Of a stretch of DNA of 64,000 nt, positions 58,501-64,000 are shown piece by piece. Origin of the DNA: Botryllus schlosseri (Eukaryota); contig CM119371.1 of NCBI GenBank assembly GCA_051294905.1, positions 39,000,001-39,064,000 on the forward strand, in the 5' to 3' direction. Within the stretch, counting starts at the first letter, position 1. Each line of letters opens with the position of its first letter. Made by a program: the position numbers and the translations under genes. A model generated the notes under the pieces. That model ran no database searches, was not told the origin of the DNA, and saw only the letters and a program-made list of their open reading frames with translations.

Positions 58501-61193
58501 ATTCACAATGAGCAGACAATGGGCCGTTTACAACGACAGGCCTATAAAATAGGCCGCAAATATCAAACAAAAACTTCACCGACAGTGCAAAATCTACGAT
58601 ACAAACAGAATGCAGAGAATTTTGACTTCGTGAATAATATTGACAATTTTTTAACATAACGCTTCAATTTTGACAGGTCAAAAAGATCGGCCTAATTATG
58701 AGTCATAATCAGTGATGAACAAATACTCGAATCGAAGCCTAATACTCGATTCAGAATCGAATCACTCAGTTAATCGATTTTGCCCAGCCTTTCGTAGTAA
58801 CATGAAAACAAAGCTTACCTTTACATGAACTATTTTGATGTTCTCCATATAAGCAGGCCTCCATACTGATACAAAACGCAGGACAGAAAACACAACAAAG
58901 TGCATCGCCGTTACGTACGATGTGAGGATGTCAGCACCCCAGTAGAACTGTAATGAAAATCACGACAAGATTACATCGATAAAAAACAATATATGTAGTA
59001 GAGGTATTCAAAAATGACTTTTTTTCTCAAATTCCACTGGCTACTTGATAAAATTGTTAGGTTACCTAATTTAAGCCTACACACCAAATTTGGTTCAATT
59101 TCAGTCAGTAACCGCATTGCTACAGTGGAAGCGGAGTTATTGCCATCAGATTATCAATAAAATAGTATTTACGGTGTCCAATTCATCAATTATTTATTAT
59201 AAGTGTGCCCACCGTAAATACTATTTTATTCAAATCAAAATTTTTCGACGGCAATAACTCCGCTTCCACTGGTTGAAATTGAGCCAAATTTGGTGAACGT
59301 CGTTTCTATAGATAACCTAACACTTTCATGGGGTGAACAGAAAATTTTGAAATTTTTGTTAATTTTTTTTTAGGTAATAAATAGAAACTTTCTCCTACTG
59401 TAGCATCGCCGCTACTGGCTGGAATAGAACCAAATTTGGTGTGCAAGCTTAAATTAGGTAACCAAACAATTTTATCAAGTAGCCAGTACAATTTGAGAAA
59501 AAAAGTTATTTTTGAACACCCCTAATATATAGCGTAACTTCCGACTTGTACCACCCACAGGATTTTCAAAATACGCAACTAGAACTGCAACTAGTGACTT
59601 TTCAAAACAAGCAACTACAACTAGAAATAATCACTTTTGAAGCTCGCAATTAGAACTAGAACTACGCAACTTTCAAAATCCGCAAATAGAACTAGATCTA
59701 GAACTACTCCCTTTTTAAAATTCGCAACTACAACTAAAATCAATGAGGGCAAGTTTTGGTTGCACTAAAATCGTGAGAAATTTGCACTTGATTTTAACAA
59801 AAGTTGCAGCGAAAATAACTGTTCAGAATTATTAGGGTATGAGTGCGTAACCAAACAGTTTAAGATTTACATCATGTCTGCTCGTTTTCCTTCTTTCTTT
59901 GCTATTTAATCGATCACACATACACTTTAATGTTCTCTAGGTTTGCAACCTACATGCCAGCATTCCGCCATCAGCTCCTGCGTATCGGTGTCAGATTCGG
60001 TACTGCCCCATTTCACGGACAGCATGGCGAGACCACCAAAAATTACATTTTGTTTTCCGGTATTCGACGGGAAAATAACGCAATGCGGAGATAATTTTTA
60101 GCGAGAAGCCAAACAGCAGAATGATAGTACACAGAAGAAGTCAAATACCATGCTCCGGACTCCCTAGGTCAGCAAACTTGGCCCAAGGCATTGCAGCAAA
60201 ACTCGATAAACCATAGCCTATACAAACGCTATGGATGAACTTATCATTTGAAACTTTACACATTGTAGACTACTCAGTAGGCCTACCGTTGTAGACGGTC
60301 CATTGTCTGCTCATTGTGAATCATAAACGGTCAAATGAAACAAAAAGGTTGACATGGTGTTATGCTCAACGTACCGCAATATCCTAACTGAAGCAAGACT
60401 GCGTGGGCATTGGTTCTTATATCAAGAAGCGCATGATGAAAAATTGTGATGAAGACACCATTGTCAGAATGAAGCAACACGGTGTGTCACCAGCAGTGTA
60501 CGCACAACTTCAGTGTTGCCAGTCAACAACTGCTGCTGTTGAACGTTCTTTCTCTATTCGTGGCAAGCTAACGGACAGGAACTTCCTACCCGAGGATCTA
60601 GGAAAGTATCTTCCGTTGTGCTACAACAAATTTCAATCATTTCTACCACTAGGCGTGCTGTAAATACTGGAATTCTTCATTGGTCCAGATTTCGTTAAAA
60701 TTAGGTTTTTTTCATGTAAAAATTTGTCAGTTTTGAAGTCAAATAAGTTTTTTCAGGCCAAACTACTTCGTAGGGATCGACAGACAGTTCTAACCGGAAA
60801 TGAAGATAAGTACCTAGTATAATTTTAACATTATGTGGGAAAACACGTAATTTACATACATGGTGTCTAAATTTGGTCAAAATTAGGTTTTTCAAGGTAC
60901 AAAAATGTAAACGTTTCAATTTTTTAGGTCAAAATCTTCCGTTTTTTAGGTAAAAACAATCGCCCTAGTAATAACTGACAATAAATCACACGGAGCGCAA
61001 AAATGATTTACAGGTTATTGAATTTTTTATCAAAATTTCAATATCGGCAATATGACTCACCCAACAAAAAAAATCAGGCGGTAGGAACTGATTAAAGCCC
61101 CACGTACGTCGGTACAAGTTAACCCAGCTCACACAAGCCGACGTTAGATCCGCGAAACAAAGGCTGAGGATGATCTGGTTGAAGACAACACTT
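52573..61193 (-). CDS. Class A (rhodopsin-like) orphan GPCR, peptide-receptor-like; partial, TM2 to C-terminus, six exons
   Basis: Exons with GT-AG ends and consistent phases: 61193-61061 (FNQIILSLCFADL, TM2, and the ECL1/TM3 Cys); 58947-58819 (TM3, SVLRFVSVWRP); 57301-57159 (TM4 Trp, ECL2 Cys in RWPSC); 55857-55607 (TM5 LFLYAP, TM6 SFVVGYFPF); 53709-53553 (TM7 SECLNPIFY); 52699-52573 (helix 8 EMREKSLEVLRCQVC to stop). The TM1 exon was not found in the window. Confidence 0.85.
54258..54519 (+). mobile_element. tRNA-derived SINE, copy 2
   Basis: B box GGTTCGATTCC, and the body aligns throughout with the reverse complement of 1128-1388 (cacaaggaatgg, aagatcaacatcgaaaagaac, ggccgaggtggat, aaaggatcg). 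Confidence 0.7.
54660..55520. repeat. Minisatellite of 36-42 bp units, about 20 copies
   Basis: Unit resembles gagttttgaaaattgagtagttctagttctagttgc. Shorter arrays of the same motif lie at about 50480-50570 and 59570-59740 (reverse). Confidence 0.85.
56208..57086. mobile_element. hAT-type MITE (GACTC/GAGTC family) with a duplicated right end
   Basis: Ends cagggtgttgtaac and ttacaaccctg; TSD ggtgctag/ggtgctgg. A second right end occurs at about 56769. Confidence 0.7.
57661..58694 (-). mobile_element. Same hAT derivative, copy 3, interrupted by a palindromic MITE
   Basis: Remnant [17 protein letters not shown] at about 57680-57840. Homology resumes at 58424 after the inserted element. Confidence 0.75.
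57844..58415. mobile_element. Palindromic (foldback) hAT-type MITE
   Basis: Near-perfect inverted repeat with arms of about 280 bp, from tagggtcgttcaaaaataac to gttatttttgaacagcccta, and a perfect 8-bp TSD ctgcgcag. Related ends occur near 14112, 17159 and 32053. Confidence 0.85.
58999..59524. mobile_element. Palindromic hAT-type MITE related to 57844-58415
   Basis: Long inverted arms (ttcaaaaa...ctcaaatt..actggctacttgataaaattg and its reverse complement); TSD atatgtag/atatatag. Confidence 0.75.
60270..60967 (+). mobile_element. Same hAT derivative, copy 4 (left end missing)
   Basis: ORF 60403-60663 contains QSTTAAVERSFS. Right end is cgcccta followed by gtaataac. The left boundary is approximate. 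Confidence 0.75.
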
Positions 61194-61615
61194 CTAAACG
61201 ACAAATAATAAAATGTGCCAACCGTGGAAATGTATATATCTAATCGCATGATCGATACATGTGGAGATATTGTCATAGCCAGGACCCTGGGTTACAATGA
61301 CCCGAGTCAATTTGTGTATTGCCTCGATACATTCCATATAACTTATTCATGTCTCGTAGAGGAAATTGAGCAATTCGCCCAGAAACTGTCTTCTATCTGT
61401 TTAAATAAACTTCGTTCGAGTTAAAAAAATCTGCGGCATTCGATATCACCTGAGCCTTCCACAGAAGTGAGATGAGCTTGGTTTGAACTTAATACTGAAC
61501 AGTGATCCCTATGACTCGGACTCGGCCCGTTTCTCTTTGAATAAGACTTGATTTGGCGGTGAAATGAATATGACTCGACTTGACTCGAGTCAAAAGTATA
61601 AAAGTGAGATCGAAG

Positions 61616-62511
61616 CAGGGTTGTAACCAAGTCGCAAGGTTACGAGTCACAAGTCAATCTCACTTTTATAGTTTTGACCCGACTCAAGTCGAGTCATTTG
61701 CAATTCACCAACGAGTCAAGTCCGAGTCCAAGTCAGTGAGTAAAGGGTCGAGTCCGAGTCATACTGTTCAGTTTTCACTTCAATCAGGTCCAGCCCACAT
61801 TTTTTGACTCTGCAGTATATAATGGCTCAGATTCATAATATAGTAATTTTCCTCATTCCTAACAGTTTCTGGCCCTATTTTCCAAGTATCAGGACTGACA
61901 CACGAAACACCGATCATGGGATGACTTTACTACTCTTCGAAGTTACAATGAAATGTCTGTCTAGGCCAGTGGTTCCCAACCTTTTTCGACTCATCGCCCC
62001 CTTTTCAAGCTCAACGCCGATCATCGCCCCCCAGATTTTGTGAACCGAAAAATCGGTATACGATCAGTAGTGGTTGACTAAAAAAAAAAAAGGTCAACTT
62101 TTCGGATCGTTGTCGAGTTTTACACTTTTGCAACCAAATTTCCGTTGATTGACTAAAAAAAAAAAAAAAGGTCATTTCTCCGAATTGAGTCCAATATAGC
62201 CGTTTTAACGCGTCATCGCCCCCCTATCGCCCCCTTCGCTATTTTCGCCCCCCTCGTCATTTTCGTCCCCCTAGGCCGCCAAATCGCCCCCTGGGGGGCG
62301 ATATCGCCCACGTTGGGAACCACTGGTCTAGGCCGTCCTAGTCACGACTCATATGTCTTGGTTCGAATTCAAGTCGAGTCAATTCACAAATTGACTCGAG
62401 TCGAGTCATTTTACGCATTTGAAAAAATGACTCGAGTCAAGTGGAGTCATCAAAACATCGTGACTTGAGTCGGACTCGAGTCGAGTCATGATTTCAGTCA
62501 TTACAACCCTG
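61616..62511. mobile_element. hAT-type MITE (GACTC/GAGTC family)
   Basis: Ends cagggttgtaa and ttacaaccctg; TSD gatcgaag/gatcgaac. It appears to sit inside an oppositely oriented copy of the same family (about 61430-62750). Confidence 0.75.
61967..62325. mobile_element. Charlie-type MITE with TCGCCCC motifs, nested in 61616-62511
   Basis: TIR cagtggttcccaac / gttgggaaccactg; perfect TSD gtctaggc. Confidence 0.85.
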
Positions 62512-62864
62512 GATCGAACTCTGACATTGAGACACAACCCTGGCATATGTTTTTTATAACATAACATGAACAATTGAACATACTCAAATATCGGTATAGT
62601 AAGGTTACTTATAACCCGCGGTTGCAATGACCAAACTGTAGCCCTATTAGGGCCGCAATTTTTCAGTGATTCGAATTGACTCAAAGTGAGTCACAATAAA
62701 AGTGTAAGATTGACTTGCGAATGGGAATCTTGTGACTTGATTGCAACACTGAGCTAAAAACTAATCACAAGGTTCCAAGTCTGAATTACATCACCTTGAA
62801 ACAAAATTCAATATTGAATATACCATCATCAACAATCAAGTAAATGAAGAGACTCTTTACGGTA

Positions 62865-63760
62865 CCGTAAACCGGTGTAACTTTGGACAATTTTTCACAA
62901 TTTCGCTTTATATCTTGGAAATGCTTGAGTGCAGGAGTGTCAATTTTTTGTGTTTATGGGTTTATGGGGCAAAGATTAGAATTAACAAATCCAAAATCTT
63001 CAAGGTCATAAATAAGTAATACTGTAAATTATCCGTGTCCAAAGTTATGTAGTTAATGTAGTTTTTTGTATGTCTTTACACTCTATTGTTTATGAAACCT
63101 CTTGAATGGGGCTTATTTGGTGAGAGTTGATGAGAGCAGTGGCTAAAAATGAAACAAAACAGTATATGTCTGACCTATTGCATGAATTTTACCTAATCCC
63201 ATCCCCCCACCCCACCCAAAAAAAAAAATAGGTCGTTAGTAAAGGCTAATGCCCCCTTATTCAACCCTTATCTCAATTCCCCCTCATGTCTTCTCCAATT
63301 TAGACTTATAAATAACATATGGTGATAAGGTTATCCCACTGGCGGCGTCAGCAAACATTAAGCTTGTTACCGTGATTTATTGCTCATTTCAAATATTTTA
63401 CTTCTCTATAAAATATCCGCTTTCCCTTTCCTATGTCATCAGATGGATATATTTAGTCGTAATTTATGCCACATTCAGCGGGTGCATCTGTAAGAGCATG
63501 TGATAAGTTTTTGAAGTAGCTTCCACCCGCTTACGATCTCTCGGCTTATTGCCTGTTTTTTCATATTTTGGCAAACTCTCAATTAATTAACCTTCTCATT
63601 CCATTTTAAAAAGCCATCAGGTACGTCATCACGAATAAAGTTGACGATACAGTTTGACACATAGCAGCCACTCTCCAGAGCTCTAAATATCGCATTTTCC
63701 ACTGTCCAAAGATACCCTGACAAAATTTGAGGGGGTAACTTTGGACATCACATTTTCTTA
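62865..63760. mobile_element. Possible pogo/Tc1-type element (left end)
   Basis: Starts ta|ccgtaaaccggtgtaactttggaca, and the taactttggaca motif recurs at about 63036 (reverse) and 63735. The right end was not seen. Confidence 0.35.
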
Positions 63761-64000
63761 TATCGATCTAAGGCTGAGCCCCCTGAGATTTTTGCCACGG
63801 ATTAAGACTACTTATAGGTATGTGCTGCCAAGCTTTGAATCTAGGCCTATGACTCACATGCTATCTATGTTTGATTGTTGATGAAATTGACCCCCACCAT
63901 TAATTTATCAATATTGGGTCAAGTTTATCTGGTAGTGAAATCAATCCACCTTTTATTGAGACTACTTGTGGTACTGTTGCCTCATGCAAAAGAATTGGAC

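Overview
AT-rich, intron-rich and repeat-dense animal genomic DNA. An invertebrate chordate, possibly an ascidian, is my inference from gene style and MITE content; it is not established. No prokaryotic features, CRISPR arrays or rRNA were seen. Three genes can be reconstructed by hand. (1) A + strand gene of 21 coding exons (8414-41271, about 947 aa) encodes a secreted mosaic protein: signal peptide, CCP/sushi x5, MAM, EGF, CCP, MAM, EGF, MAM, EGF, EGF, built by internal tandem duplication. (2) An intronless - strand DDX43-family DEAD-box helicase has two KH domains (46744-48930). (3) Six - strand exons encode TM2 to the C-terminus of a divergent class A GPCR (52573-61193); its first coding exon was not found. 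A probable Cys-rich terminal exon of an upstream gene lies at 3988-4082. Much of the remaining sequence is non-autonomous DNA transposons: many hAT-type MITE families with 8-bp TSDs, often nested, plus one P-like foldback, a tRNA-derived SINE family, a solo LTR and a minisatellite. All gene models were read by eye from splice sites and reading phase and need RNA-seq confirmation.
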